Numbered from the stretch's first letter, positions 38,901 through 52,765 are shown. The stretch: 64,000 bases of DNA from Octopus sinensis (GCF_006345805.1 NC_043006.1:19592001-19656000), one strand, 5' to 3'. The notes: generated by a model not told the origin, from the letters alone. A program made the numbers and translations.

Positions 38901-39519
38901 TGTTCCAATTGTTTTCAGATTTGATGAACTGATATAGTTTGTATGATGATTATAGAAATGAAGTTCATTTTTGCTATAAACTAATAAATAAAAATTTAAT
39001 AGTTTTTAAAGTTGGCGAAGTTGGGGTAATTTTAGCCAATTGAAAGCTACAGACACACTGGTGCCGGTTTCCATAGTAACAAACCATGCTGCTGTCTGCT
39101 TAAAACTACAACAACCACTACGTATATTTTCTTTACCTATTTTCTTTGACGAGTACCTATATTGTGAACTTTTGCTTTTGAATCTTCGCTAAAAAAAAAT
39201 GTATTGATTGTTTAATGAATTGAATTACTATAGTATAATGTACAATTTGTTTTTGGTTTTGCTTTTTGTAATTTTTCGCCAAAATATTTCATTGGGGATC
39301 TTTTATTTTAAAATTGTTTAAATGCCTGTTTGTCTTTTCTGCTACTGTCACAGTTTTCGAAATTTTAAAATTAAGTGGAAATTTTTGGTCTATTGATGTA
39401 ATTTTTTCCCGCTGAATCTGATTTTGTTATTCACTTGTTCCGGAAAAATTTTCGAAAAATATTCACTAAAAATATGTTACTAATTGATTAACGTCAGCTT
39501 ACCCACTGGTCGGACTGAC

Positions 39520-39945
39520 CCTAAATGCTACCCTAAACCCTAATTCTAATCCTAAACCTCAACTCTAACCCTTAACATTTAATCCTAATTCTAACACTAA
39601 ATCTCACCTCTAAATTCTAACTCTAACCACAACCCTAAACCCAAAACTCTAATTCAAACCCTAAACCCTAACTTTGACTCTGACTCTAACCGAAACCCAA
39701 ATTCTAACCCTAAACTCCAAACCTAAACCGTAACTCTAACCCTAAACCCTAATTCTAACCTTAAACCGCAACCCTAAACTCCAACTCTAACTGTAACCCT
39801 AAACTCTAGCTGTAACCATAAACCTCAGTCCTAAACCTTAACTCTAACCTTAAACCCTAAGCCTTAATTTTAACCCTAAATCTCAACCGTAAACTCTGAC
39901 TCTAAACCCTAAACCCTAATTCCAACCCTAAAATTAACTCTAACG
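39520..39945. repeat. Degenerate telomere-like (CCCTAA/CCCTAAA) tract
   Basis: Repeats such as AACCCTAAACCCTAATTCTAAC. Confidence 0.85.
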
Positions 39946-40657
39946 TGTTTCAAACTTTCGTTTTTGAATTTTCACTACAAAAAATGTATTAACTGTTTAG
40001 GCGACCTGAACTACAGTAGGGTAACGTACAGATTTTTTTTTCTTTATGTCTTTGATTTTGTTTTTTTGTAATCTAACGCACACTTTGTATTTTGTAATTT
40101 TTCGCAAAAAAGAATTTCATTGAAGATTTTCCGTTATTGTATTGCCTTTTCCAAAGTTTCACATAACTTTATTCATTTAAACTTATTAAAATTTCAAAAC
40201 TTCTTAAAACTTTGATCATCTTAATATATTTCTTTCGAAATGTTGTGATAGGAAATGCCAGCTTCCAAATCTTGTTTTCTGGTTGGTTAAGAATGATATC
40301 ATTTTTCTAAAACTTTCCTGGAACAAGTGAATGACAAAATCAGATTCAGCATGGAAAATTACATCAATATACCAAATTTGAAAATTTTCACTTAATTTTA
40401 AAATTTCAATCACTATGACAGCAACAGAAAAGATCCGACTTTGATCTTATTAAAAGAAGCCTTCACAAGATAATGGTCAGTTCAACACTCATATGACCCT
40501 CACATGACCCTCACCTCAAAATGATTTTGTCGATCATAGAAACGTGTAATGATCAAATGTATTAAATACCAATGTCCAAACCATATATATGTGTGTGTCA
40601 ATGTAATGCATATTTTGAGATATGTATATACATGTATAATCTAAGTATGTGTGTATG

Positions 40658-40690
<33 letters not shown>

Positions 40691-40772
40691 ATGTACATAT
40701 ATTTATTTATTTATTATTTGTTTATGTATACATATATACGTACATGTATATATGTATACATACATACATACA

Positions 40773-40808
<36 letters not shown>

Positions 40809-40835
40809 CATACATACATACATACACACATACAT

Positions 40836-40908
<73 letters not shown>

Positions 40909-41059
40909 GGGGGGATTTTTTATTATGATAATTTATATCGCATACAGAAAAGGACAGTACAGGACGTTACAAACAAATAGTGCTATGCGAGTTCATATTA
41001 TGATAATTTAAAAATTCGATGATGTATATAATAATTTTTAAAATTTTCCACTTTTTACA

Positions 41060-41280
41060 CACAAACTATGGCCGTGAAGTCCAGCGACTACACCTTGCTT
41101 TACCACGAATGAGATTAAGTAGGAACAATCACGCCCAACTTCCTGGCTACATCCTTCCATCTTTCCTCGAATATACTTCGCGACAGGTGCCTCCTCTCCA
41201 GCCCTATCTTGCTCTTCAGATCATATCTGAAGTAATACAGCAGACCAGGGCCGGAGATGAAGTATCCTGTCACGAGTCGT
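41060..41280 (-). mobile_element. Tx1 ORF2 C-terminal fragment
   Basis: Homologous to 41910-42135 and to the [15 protein letters not shown] end of the other Tx1 copies. Confidence 0.6.
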
Positions 41281-41326
41281 TGCATTCTAGACACACACAG
41301 AGAGAAAGAGTATCTTTATTATGATC

Positions 41327-41716
41327 AGGAGTGGCTGTGTGGTAAGTAGCTTGCTTACCAGCCACATGGTTCCGGGTTCAGTCCCACTGCGTGGCATCTT
41401 GGGCAAGTGTCTTCTGCTATAGCCCCGGGCCGACCAATGCCTTGTGAGTGGATTTGGTAGACGGAAGCTGAAAGAAGCCTGTCGTATATATATATATGTA
41501 TATATGTGTGTGCTTGTGTGTCTGTGTTTGTCCCCCTAGCATTGCTTGACAACCGATGCTGGTGTGTTTACGTCCCCGTCACTTAGCGGTTCGGCAAAAA
41601 GCGACCGAGAGAATAAGTACTGGGCTTACAAAGAATAAGTCCCAGGGTCGATTTGCTCGACTAAAGGCGGTGCTCCAGCATGGCCGCAGTCAAATGACTG
41701 AAACAAGTAAAAGAGA
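41327..41716 (+). mobile_element. SINE family B
   Basis: Consensus match. Confidence 0.9.
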
Positions 41717-41909
41717 AAAAAAAATGGTGATCTTACATAGAATGGGACAATACAGGACAACAAAAGACAAAGATGTTACATGTGTTCGCATGATATAAAT
41801 ATTAAAAATTTACTTAAATAATATGTATTTTATATATCGTTTGAATTTGTCTTTAAATAGAACTTTGATTTAAACTGAAACTAAATCAAAGAAAGACACG
41901 AACAAAACG

Positions 41910-42135
41910 TTATGGGTCGCACCCGGCAGCCTGTAAGGCCCAGCAATGAACTTTTCCTTTCCTCAATGATTGATTAAGCTGGGCTACTAACACCTACCTT
42001 TCTCATCACATCCTTCCATCGTTTCTCGAATACTCTCGGTGGCAGGGTCCTCCTTCTCCAGCCCCATCTTGCTCTTCAGATGGTATCTGAAGTAGGTCAG
42101 CAAACTGGGGCCTGAGATGAAAGACCCTTTCACAG
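41910..42135 (-). mobile_element. Tx1 ORF2 C-terminal fragment
   Basis: GSFISGPSLLTYFRYHLKSKMGLEK. Confidence 0.65.
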
Positions 42136-42157
42136 AGAGAAAGAGAGAGAGACAGAC

Positions 42158-42200
<43 letters not shown>

Positions 42201-42220
42201 TGTATATATACATGTGAAGG

Positions 42221-42449
42221 CGGCGAGCTGGCAGAAACGTTAGCATGCCGGGCGAAATGCTTAGCGGTATTTTGTCTGCCGCTACGTTCTGAGTTCAAAT
42301 TCCGCCGAGGTCGACTTTGCCTTTCATCCTTTCGGGGTCGATAAATTAAGTACCAGTTACGCACTGGAGTCGATGTAATCGACTTAATCCGTTTGTCTGT
42401 CCTTATTTGTCCCGTCTGTGTTAAGCCCCTTGTGGGTAGTAAAGAAATA
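42221..42449 (+). mobile_element. SINE family A
   Basis: Full copy in a TATATATACAT context. Confidence 0.9.
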
Positions 42450-42689
42450 TATATATATACATATACACATGCTTATATGCATATAGCCATGCGTGCGTAT
42501 ATATGAGTGTGTTGTATTAGTAATATATTGATATATTGGGTTGCTTATGCGCATAGCTCCATCCTACAATATTCACTATTTACTTTTTTAACTTGATGCA
42601 TTAGACTTTAACCTAACTGTTATATATTTATTAACAGCTTCGTTGTATACTAAGTAACTGAGCTTTGAGTTATCGGCTAAATATCCTAT

Positions 42690-42910
42690 CCACCCAATCA
42701 ATTAATTTAAGCCAAAAAGATTTTGGCCAATCATAATCGAGGAAAGAATTTATATTTATAGACTCATTAAAGGTATTTTATTCCGGAAGGCTTTGTTGAG
42801 ATCGGAAGTCTTTCGTTAATTTTTAAACCTCATTTTTTAACTCTTCCAATACGGTTGATTTAACAGCAATCAAAACTAAGAAGAAATAACCAGTCTTCAA
42901 TATAAACAAA
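42690..42910 (+). promoter_or_regulatory. Promoter-like cluster upstream of the orphan ORF
   Basis: CCAAT at about 42694 and about 42727, CCGGAAG and CGGAAGT (ETS-like) at about 42783-42810, and TATAAA at 42901. Confidence 0.35.
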
Positions 42911-42970
42911 GCAATAAGCAGGTGGATGCTGAATTTTCCATTGTATTGCTGACGATAAAATAATTCTTTT

Positions 42971-43468
42971 ATGATGGGAGGAATATTTGCAAGATTATTT
43001 TCCTTTTATAAAAACCAACGTTCTACAGACGATTTCTGTTTATCAGCCAAACTTCCCCCGAAGCAAAAGGAGGTCACAACCTTGACGTACACTAAATCCA
43101 AACCTATTAATATCCCTTATAAAATTCCTCGCGCACCCCGCCTCAAACGTCGAAGAAAAGTCAATTTTCGACTGAGCAGCAGTGACTCTGAAGAAAATAG
43201 TAGTCCTTTTTCACTGTGTTCGGCTGAATGCAAGAAGCGAGTGCTCTACTCGCGATTTCGGCGGTTTAGGGTTGAAGCTAGGAGAGAGGAGAACCATGGC
43301 AAATACAAACGTTTGACTTCTGGTCTGGAAAGGTCTTCCGAAAAGTATTCCAACGAAGCTACGACTCACGAAATTCCTGTAAATCGCATCTCCCGAAAAT
43401 ATAAAACATTTTGCAAGAAAACCGGAGAGGATTGTGATTCTATAGAATGCAAACCACGAAAATCTTGA
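42971..43468 (+). CDS. Intronless 165-aa basic, Ser-rich ORF of unknown function
   Basis: Open and non-repetitive in 30-35% GC surroundings, with no TE motif recognised. It has upstream promoter-like motifs and an AT-rich downstream region. Confidence 0.45.
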   Translation: MMGGIFARLFSFYKNQRSTDDFCLSAKLPPKQKEVTTLTYTKSKPINIPYKIPRAPRLKRRRKVNFRLSSSDSEENSSPFSLCSAECKKRVLYSRFRRFRVEARREENHGKYKRLTSGLERSSEKYSNEATTHEIPVNRISRKYKTFCKKTGEDCDSIECKPRKS

Positions 43469-44659
43469 ATCTCACATTTTAGGGATATTTATTTATTTTT
43501 TTTTTTTACTTTTACTTTCCGGTAATGTTGAACTGTTATCAGATTTTTATTGTTTATTGTTTGACGTTTGATTTTTATCTAGAAATGGATTGTTTGTATA
43601 TATATATAATACTATCAAGCAATTCTAGTAATCTATATATAACTACTATAGATTGTTGTTTTCTTAAATAACTCCTAGAAATCCAGTGAAATTCTGCCGA
43701 CTCTAGTATTTTTTTTAAATTTTGAGGTCGATGAGAAAATCTCAAATAATCACAGGAAATTAATGTTATATGATTTTTTTTTTTTTTTTTGTGTAATTTT
43801 AAAATCTTTTGACTAAATATTTAATATTCATTTTAAAACTGAGACTTTACCTGCCACGAATAATATCGATTACATTTTTCTTATGCTCTAATTGCAGAAA
43901 ATTTTATTTCTAAACTTTACTCTCAAACATCGACAGTTTATTTTAATGCTAATTATTCAATTTTTAAATCGTTGCAGAAGTATTTTTTTTTAATAGAGCA
44001 AATATTTTCAAAATTACTGGAAGATAAATGAGGTTCTTGCTCATTCCTTTTAATTATGAATGCTGCGTTTGCTATTGTCCAAGAGCTAATTCTGATTTGC
44101 AAAGATAAATTTTCTTTGTCTATTTCTCCGCAATTAAAAAATACTTGCAAGCGCTAATTAACTTTTCACATTTTTAATCAACAAAATAATTTCATTCGGA
44201 TTTTTAACTCCTGAATTATTTGAATAATTTTAGGTCATCTGAGTAAAGCTTCATTTTAGAAATTTCAATTGTTAAACTGCAAATTTAAGATATGCTTTTA
44301 CTTACTGGTGGGTACTTCACTACTATGTTCCTAAAACATAACATTTTATTGTAGGAAGATTACAAGTTTGATAACACTAATTCGTTGAGATTTAATCATT
44401 TGAATTGTCACGTCGTGTGGATGAAAAAAATCTTTTTGACAATCTCTCACCGAAAAATTAAAATCTCAACGGCAATCTCTGTTCTGGAAATCAATTAAAA
44501 GTTTATTCTCAGGCTTTCCATGACGTTCCAGCTCCAAGCTTAACTAACTATATATGTATTATTTTTGTTTTTTCTTAGTTCAATATAGGACAGAAAACAT
44601 TACCCAAACAACTGAGTTAATATTTCACAACCATATTTCACTTTTTTGTCTGTCTTTCT

Positions 44660-46060
44660 GTGTTCAAATTCTGCCTAGGTCAACTTTGCCTTTCATGCTT
44701 CCGGGGCCGATAAATGATGCGCTAATTAAACACTGGGCTTAATGTAATCGACTAACCCTTCCCCTCAAATTTCAGGCCTTGTACCTATAGTAGAAAGGAT
44801 TATTATATAGGAAATTCTCTATAATAAATAATTATACTTAGATATAACATTTCCAGAAAGTTCCAAACTTCTCTACATTCGTTGCCTGTTTTTGTCTCCA
44901 GTAAACTGCTTAGAGGTTCCGTATCGTATGTAGAACAGACAGAGACGGGGGAATGGCACAAAATCTTGTTCACGAAATATGGACTCCTGAATCGCTATCT
45001 TTTACACTAAGTGGGTTTCAAAATATTTCTAATAGTTTTAACATTGGCATTAATGTCTTCTAGAGTTTTTCTAAAGCTTAATGGATCATAAAAACTATAT
45101 CGAACCCTCACCAGTTTCTCCTACTTTTAAAAAAAATCAGGCTGCGTGTATAATGTATAAAGTAATATATCTACATGATCAGGAATCTAAGCAAATAGGG
45201 GAGAAATTTGTTTAAGACGAAGGCAGCGAAATGATTGAATCGTTAGCGCGCAAACAAAATAGTACTTAGCGGCATTCTTTCCGACACTTTACATTTAGAG
45301 TTCAAATTCTGCTAAGATCCACTTTACCTATTATCTTTCGGGATCGGTAAAATAAATACCAGTTTAACATTAAAGTAGATGTAATTGCCTTATCCCCACC
45401 CGACCCTTAAATTTGCTGGCTTTGTTCCGAAATTAGAAAGCTGGTAAAATCGTTAGATCATCGAGCATAATATTTAGCGGTATTTCTTCCGATTCTGTAA
45501 GTTACCAGGTCAACTTTGCCTTTCATCCATTCAGACCCGATAAAGTACCAGTCAAGTACTGGAGATAATGTAATCGACTTGCCCCCTCCCCTCAAATTGC
45601 GGGCTTATGCCAAAATCAGAAGTATTATTATTATTACTATTATTATTGTTGTGGATTAGCAAAATCGTTGGAGTGTCAGAAAAAATGCCTTGTGGTATTT
45701 GTTCCGTCTCTTTATATTCTGAATTCAAGTTCTGCCGAGGTTGACTTTGCCTTTCGGGATCAATAAAATAAATCCCACTGGGATCGCTGTGATCAATCCC
45801 CACCTGTCCCATCAAAATTGCTAGCCTTGTGCCATAATTAGAATCATAAATTTACTGCGAGCCCTCTTTAAACCGATAGTGCATCAGACAAATGCCTGGC
45901 GCTATTTAGTTACGTCCCTTTTACATACGTCAAAACCCTTCGCTCGAGGTCGACTTTCACAGTTCATCATTAAGAGCGGGTAGATGTTAAAATGCACCCG
46001 CTATCGAACGGATTTCATTTAATCAACAATTCGTTGTCCCAAGACTTGTAATCTTGTGCT
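44660..46060 (+). mobile_element. Cluster of old SINE-A copies with tail 2
   Basis: At least four degenerate units with GTCAACTTTGCCTTTCATC..GTAATCGACT..CCCTCAAATT..GGCCTTGT. Confidence 0.7.
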
Positions 46061-46313
46061 TAAATCAGATTATTTTATTCCCGTTATCATCAAATAAGTG
46101 TATCGTGCGGCAAGAGAAATTCTTGTATAAATAATGTTAACTATTGTCCTATTAATGGATTCAGTCATTTGACTGTGGCCACGCTGGAGCATTGCCTTCA
46201 AGCATTTTTAATCGATAGGTAGTTATTTCTCGTTCTCGTAAAATACGAAATGCCAAGTGAGTTCAAATTCCGCTAAGGCCACTTTGCCTATTAGCATAAA
46301 AGCGAATTAGGTT

Positions 46314-46696
46314 GGAGCACTCCGTCGGTTACGACGATGAGGGTTCCGGTTGATCCGAATCAACGGAACAGCTTGCTCGTGGAATTAACGTACAAGTGGC
46401 TGAGCATTCCACAAACACGTGTACCCTTAACATAGTTCTCGAGGAGATTCAGCGTGACACAGTGTGTGACAAAGCTGGCCCTTTGAAATACAGGTACAAC
46501 AGAAACAGGAAGAAAGAGTGAGAGAAAGTTGTGGTGAAAGAGTACAGCAGGGATCACCACCACCCCCTGCAGGAGCCTTGTGAAGCTTTAGGTGTTTTCG
46601 CTCAATAAACACTCACAATGCCCGGTCTGGGAATCGAAACCGCGATCCTACGACCGCGAGTCCGCTGCCCTAACCACTGGGCCATTGCGCCTCCAC
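46314..46696 (-). mobile_element. SINE family C
   Basis: TSD AAAAGCGAATTA on both sides. Confidence 0.9.
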
Positions 46697-48242
46697 AAAA
46701 GCGAATTATTCAGTCTGACATAAAGACTGCAAGATAATTGTATTTGAATGTTACATGTTTTTTACCCTTCTGGCCCAGGCTGTTGTACAATGGGAGAAAA
46801 ACCCGGAACCACATCGTTACGAAGCGAACTTGTTAAAACCATGCATCCATTCCAACACCCAGGATATTTCGAATATTTCCAGAATTTTATAACTAAATAT
46901 TTTTTAAGATAGGAAGTGGGTATTATGCAGAGTTCATTTACCTCTCAAGGATATCAGCACCATAATTGGAGTGATTTCACTTCATACTGGAATTGGCACC
47001 CTTAACGCTCTTGTGAAAAATACATGAACTGCTATAAGCATTACTACTTTTTTCTTGCAAAGGGATCACAAATTTTGTTCCTGCTAAGTCAAAAGAACTT
47101 AATATTTGTATAGTGTTCACAGTTGAGCAAGACTTGATCCTCCAACTTCCCAAACAGCGATGTCTGGTTTTAATTTGAGCTGCAAATCTGTCACTTTATA
47201 CAAACTATTAATATTTCGTTTCTGCATAAAGCCATTCCACTTTTTAATGCAATTGTATATATTATTTGTGTTATTTCATTATTTCTCTGGACAAGGGGAA
47301 ATCCAAAATTGAATAAAACCTGCAGTTGACTTATGTTGAACAGTTCTGAATTCACCAAAAGCGATTTTCCCATTATGCCCTTTGTTTCCTTCTAGTATTT
47401 GTAATGATGCCAAATTCAACAAAAATTTCTAAGATATTTCTACTCGCACGTTCTACGTTGACTCTGAATACTTTGAGAAAATTTTGCTATTGATTCTACT
47501 TTCATATCTGACGTTGGTGGATCATTCTCTTCTAATCTTCCCTTCCAAAATCGTATGCGAGAGGATTGTTTCGAAACATCTACAAGAACGCCGACCATGA
47601 TGAAATTTCTTTAATTTGTTACCCATATATATTCCAAAGCAATCCCATATTCCCAAACTGCTAATGATGCTGGGAAAGTTAATCACTGCAGACAGCAAAC
47701 CAGTTCTTCTCGCTTAAAGTATAGAACTCTGTAATTTTAGTCAAACGCATTAGTCTTCCATTAATCCTATTGTGCCTAAGGTGGGGTGTCCTTTGAGTTC
47801 TTCACTCGTGAAGGGTTTTTTTTTGAGGATGATGCAAGGATGCAGATTTGGTATAATCTTGTTGACCAAAATCTTTTAAACGAAATTCAGTCAACGGAAA
47901 CCAGCAGGAAGCATCCATCCTTTAATAATAATTGTTTCCTTTCCTTCGACGCCACCATCTACACTTTGAGTGCTTTTAGCTGAGTCTGCTCCGTTGCAAG
48001 TATTTTGACCGTATCGCTGGTCTGTGGATAAACTTCAATCTTCCACTAACGAATCAGGGGAAGCCCTAAAAGGAGCTATAAGATGCTGCCCTTTGACTAA
48101 ACAATACAAAAGGTGGTAAGGATTTCTCTATCTCTCTTTCTCTCTCTTCCTCGCTGTTGACTCTAGATAATACTTGGAACTTTCTTGAAGGACTTCTAAG
48201 GTGAAAGAAGACCGTAATGCTGAATTAAACAAGTTACAGTAT

Positions 48243-48410
48243 TTATTACCTTCGCTATGGTGGAGGTATTGTTTTTAGTCGTATTTGTTTGTTTGTTTGT
48301 CTGTGGACAAGATATCTCGAGAACCGCTGGGTGGATTCGGATGAAACTTTCAGGGATGTTTGGCTTTATTATTGCCCATACAGGCGCATAAAGAAGGGGA
48401 CAACGCAATA
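48243..48410 (+). mobile_element. 5' half of a Helentron-associated (HINE/DINE-1-like) element
   Basis: TTATTACCTTCGCTATGGTGGAGGTATTG followed by GTTT repeats and GGATTCGGATGAAACTTTCAGG. The likely 3' half CCTTGGCGGAGGTTTGCGCTCTCTGAGTGC is at 52891-52945. Confidence 0.55.
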
Positions 48411-48419
48411 TGAACGGTG

Positions 48420-51400
48420 TCATATATAATTGTATGGGTTTAAAAATTTACAATAACAGATGATTAACGAATGGAACACAAAAAACATTTACATGTACAA
48501 AAATAACACAATGAGGCATTAAAAATAGGTAAGCTCCGACCCCATGAGCCCTTTCATTAATACCTATTTCTTTATTTACCCACAAGGGGCTAAACACAGA
48601 GGGGACAAACAAGGACAGACATAGGTATTAAGTCGATTACATCGACCTCAGTGCATAACTGGTACTTAATTTATCGACCCCGAAAGGATGAAAGGCAAAG
48701 TCGACCTCGGCGGAATTTGAACTCACAACCTAACGCAGACGAAATACCGCTAAGCATTTTGCCCGGCGTGCTAACGTTTCTGCCAGCTCGCCGCCTTATC
48801 ATGAATACCGACACCTTGGTAATCTTTCTGGCCTGTTCACGCAGGGCCTTTCACTCCCAACATACGCGTTGATCTTTTATTGAACACACCCACTGACAGG
48901 CACCTCCTTTCTAACCCCACCTTCCTTTTAAGGTGAAAGGTAAAAACATTCACCAGAACGAGGCCGGAGACGAAGCTGTCTGTCACAATCCCTTTCATCC
49001 TTGACTTCCATATCACCTCTCTCGCAATTGCTACTACTACGAGAAAACAATTCTTACCTTCTTCCGTAAGGAAATCCAGCGGGTTAATTTTTAGAATTGA
49101 CCCAGGCGATAGCTGTACTCTTCTTCCATCTGACAACAGGTGTTCTGCATAAACCCACATTTCTCAAATTCTCGGACACTGAACAATAGCATGCAGGACG
49201 GTTTTCACGTCCCGCTCGCATCTTGGACAAGCCGACGCCCCACGATGGCCGTATCTGGTGAGCTTGTCCCGAACAGGTAGGGCTCCTCGGTAAAATGGCC
49301 AGGCCAAAGACTTTTGGAAGTTATCATGTGTCTTCGGCCCGAATGTTCTTCGGAACAGGCTGTCTGATTATTGTCGAGACCCAGGGTCCTTCCCAGGGCA
49401 TCATCATTTCCTGCCTCTACCAACCTACTATAGTAAGCCGTGGTGGTACCGAAACCGTTGGCATTACCCGAGTTGCGGAACTGGAGAAGAGCCTTACGGC
49501 ACTCCGTATACCAGGTACCCAACCTCGATCTTCGACGAAACCAGTTTTCTCCACCACCAAAACTAGTAAAACTGAGGAACATCCGTCTAGCGAGAGGAGA
49601 CCACACCCATTCACCATTCAGATAGAGCCAGAGGTGCCTCAACCTCAGTGCATGATTGCGTATCAACAGCCAGGCATTCCTAACCCACCCTTTAACGGCT
49701 TTTGACAGCAAATAGAACGTCTTTCAAGTGAAGTGTTGTTCTTCCCCAAAAAACCTTTCCAAATTGCTTAACCACGAATCTGGACAAGGAACGACGGAAA
49801 GACAGTAAACGTTGACCGATGCGATAAACACATTGGCCACCTCCATCCTCCCTTTCAAGGATATCCACCACCAAGACCAGTTTTTGACTATGTGGGTCAC
49901 CTTGCCCGATATCTCGGCTTAGTTCTTTCTATTGGAGATCTGGACCAAACCAGATTCCTCGCAACTTAACCGGGCCCTCCGTCCAGCGTCCCACGACGCT
50001 ATTCGAAGGCATCGACTTGCCCCTCCAGGTTCCAATTTGCAAGCCGACCAACTTTTCCCGGTTAATTTTTGCTCCTACCACCGTCTCGTAAACCTTAATG
50101 GTTTCGCCTACTTTCTGTTGGTGTTCCATCCTGGTCACGATGATAGTGATGTCATCCGCGTACGCTGTAACCGATCCTCCACCTCCTGGATTCGTCGGGA
50201 TGCCGCTCAGCTTTCGCAGTAATGGCTCGAGGGCCATCACGTACAAAAGCGGAGAGCGCTGACACCCTTGGCGAACGGCTTCGATAAAAAGCCGTTCGCC
50301 AGAATGATCGAGTCGATATTGTTGTACAACTGTTTGATCCACTTGAGGAAACCAAGACCCAGTCCGAACTGCGCGAGTGCATAAAACAGGTATTGATGGT
50401 CTACGCTATCAAATGCTTTAGCTTGGTCTAAATGGACCAGTGACCCACCTTTGCCAGAATTATTACCATACCCTTCTACAGTGTAGCGTATAAGATGAAG
50501 ATTATCCTAGATGGTTCTGCCAGGGACTACACAGGTTTGTGCTTCTCCTATCAAGCCATCCGCGACACGCGTCAATCTTTTTGCTAGCACATTGGTCAAA
50601 ATCTTCATCTCTGCGTTCAGTAGAGTGATCGGCCTAAAATTATCTATATCATCCCCTTTGACCGCATCCTTCCTGACCAGCGTCACTGCTCCCCAGCGTA
50701 CAACTCTGGAAATAAACTGTTGCCAGTTCGCGTAAACGCTAGCCAGTAGGTACCCGAACAAGTCTGGCATACTTTTATATAGCTCGTACGGTAGACCATC
50801 GAGTCCCGGCGCCTTACAACCGCCGCAGTCCGTTATGGCCCCAATCACCTCCTCAGATGTGATCGACCCTTCACAGCTCTCCGCGTCCTGCCCCGAAAGG
50901 CGCGGCAGCCCTGCGAGGAAGTCCGTAAGGCCTATCCTACTATCCAGTCCATCGCTTCCCCCGAAAAGCTAGGCGAAGTGCTCCTGAAAGGTCTGACACA
51001 TATCCTCAGGTTCGTTTATCAAATCACCTTGTGAATTCACCAAAGATCGAATTATGGAATCATTTCCGCGTTGAGCTTCTACAACACGCGCTCATCCAGC
51101 GGCCTTGATTCCCTCGCTCCCTATTGCATGAAGTCTAGCTCTGACGATACACCCCATGTGTTTAGCTTCGAGGTACTGGTTTAACTCCAGTCTCTTCGCC
51201 CTCACCCGGAATGCGTCGCCAGTTCTCATGGCTTCCTCTAGGGCCTTAACTAATTCAGTTTCCTTCTTACTCCTTCTACCCACTTAACCTATACTATATC
51301 TAATAGACTCAAATTTAATGGTTCTTTTGAGGGCAAATAACCATTTGTTGTTAATAATGGAACCGGTCAACGCCCTCTGTATTAATAACTTAATCCGGCT

Positions 51401-52765
51401 TCTGTACTCCTCAATCACCAAAAGGGACTTGTTGAGTTTCCAGTAGCCGGAACCCTTACTACATAGCTTATCTAGGTACAGTTTACATGCGACTATCTTA
51501 TGGTCACTGTAACTGACCAGGTGAAATTTTGGACACGTAACTATGTCTTTATCTGGTTTTCTAATAAGAATCCTACCTTTGTAAGACCTAGAAGACCCAT
51601 CGCTATTTGACCATGTCCACAATGGAGCGTCCAGGAATTCTAGTCTGTGGGGATCTACTAGCTGAAAGCGACTTAGTTGATCCCGGAAGCCAAAATTAGG
51701 TTTCCGATCATAATTAGAGCCAAAACTTTCCACGCGCGCATCGAGAATAGTGTTAAAGTCTCTTAACACAACTAGTGAACGTGACGTACCTAGAAATTTC
51801 TCCAACTCTCGATAAAAATCAGTCTAACTCGACTTGGGTGCATAAACAGCGACCAGCTTGATTTCCTTACCACAACTGAACATCAGGTCTAAGACGACCA
51901 GCCTACCTTCTAGATCAGAAAAAATTAACTTTTTCTCTGAAACTCTGTTTCTTTTAAGTAGGACCAACACTCCAACCCCGCCCCTTGGCCGGCCTGCAGA
52001 ACTGAATTTCTCGTAGTCTTTCAGAATCGGGAGCAGATCTCTTGGCCCTTTCAACCGAGTTTCAGTAGCAACAATAACATCTAAGCTTTGTGACCTGACG
52101 TCATTTAGGAAACGCCCTTGTTTCCGGCTCGACGCCAGGCCACGCACATTTATGCATCCAGCATGAACAGCTATAGAGACTTATCTTTTTAATTGGTGTC
52201 AAGAGGTAGGGGACCCGCCTCATCTTCTTTCTCCTGGGCTCGTGGTGTCGGAGCGATGAGCTCCCATATATCTTAGTGGTATCATCCAGCCTGGGGCAGC
52301 CAACATCTTTCCTAAAGTCATTAGCTAATAATATTCTGTGTATTTTGTTAGTAGTTTTATAAATTTCTATACCATCTTTTTTTTTTTTTGTTCTCAGTCT
52401 CTATTTTTTCTACATGGAGAGTTGTCAGGCGGTTCACCAGGTCCCTATTCGAGACGCGAACCGCCATGTAGCAACTGTCCTCATCTTTTTTTCTTCTCCG
52501 ATTTTTTTTTTTTTTTTTTGCTTTTTTTAATTAAACGTGTCTCCGCTTTATCTTTTTCTTTTTCGGGGGAAGGTAGCTTTTTTATTTTCTTCTTGTTCTG
52601 AACAAGAGACCACTCTTCCTCCCTTTTCTGGTATTGCTGTTCATTATTCCTGCGATACAGGTTCAATCACTACTTGTTTCTTCTCGGTTTCTTCCTTCTT
52701 TTTCTCTGTTTCCTTGGTTCTACAGTCCACCCTGGGGTGGTCTTTTTCACCACACTGGAAGCATC
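48420..52765 (-). mobile_element. Near full-length Tx1/L1-clade LINE (ORF1 knuckle, APE endonuclease, RT, zinc finger), decayed
   Basis: CFQCGEKDHPRVDC (about 52720-52762), LDVIVATETRL / VAVYAP, GYWKLN, KAPGLDGLPYELY and TAYADDITII. Split by a SINE-A at 48565-48797. Confidence 0.92.
48565..48797 (-). mobile_element. SINE family A
   Basis: Full copy; TSD TCAT(T/G)AATACC. Confidence 0.9.

Noticed and set aside
39520-39945. True telomere or chromosome fusion site
   Set aside because: The tract is highly degenerate, on one strand only, with no head-to-head junction.
47100-48230. Coding-like unique sequence with several possible splice sites
   Set aside because: No single consistent frame or recognisable domain; I could not distinguish exons from a decayed TE without a homology search.
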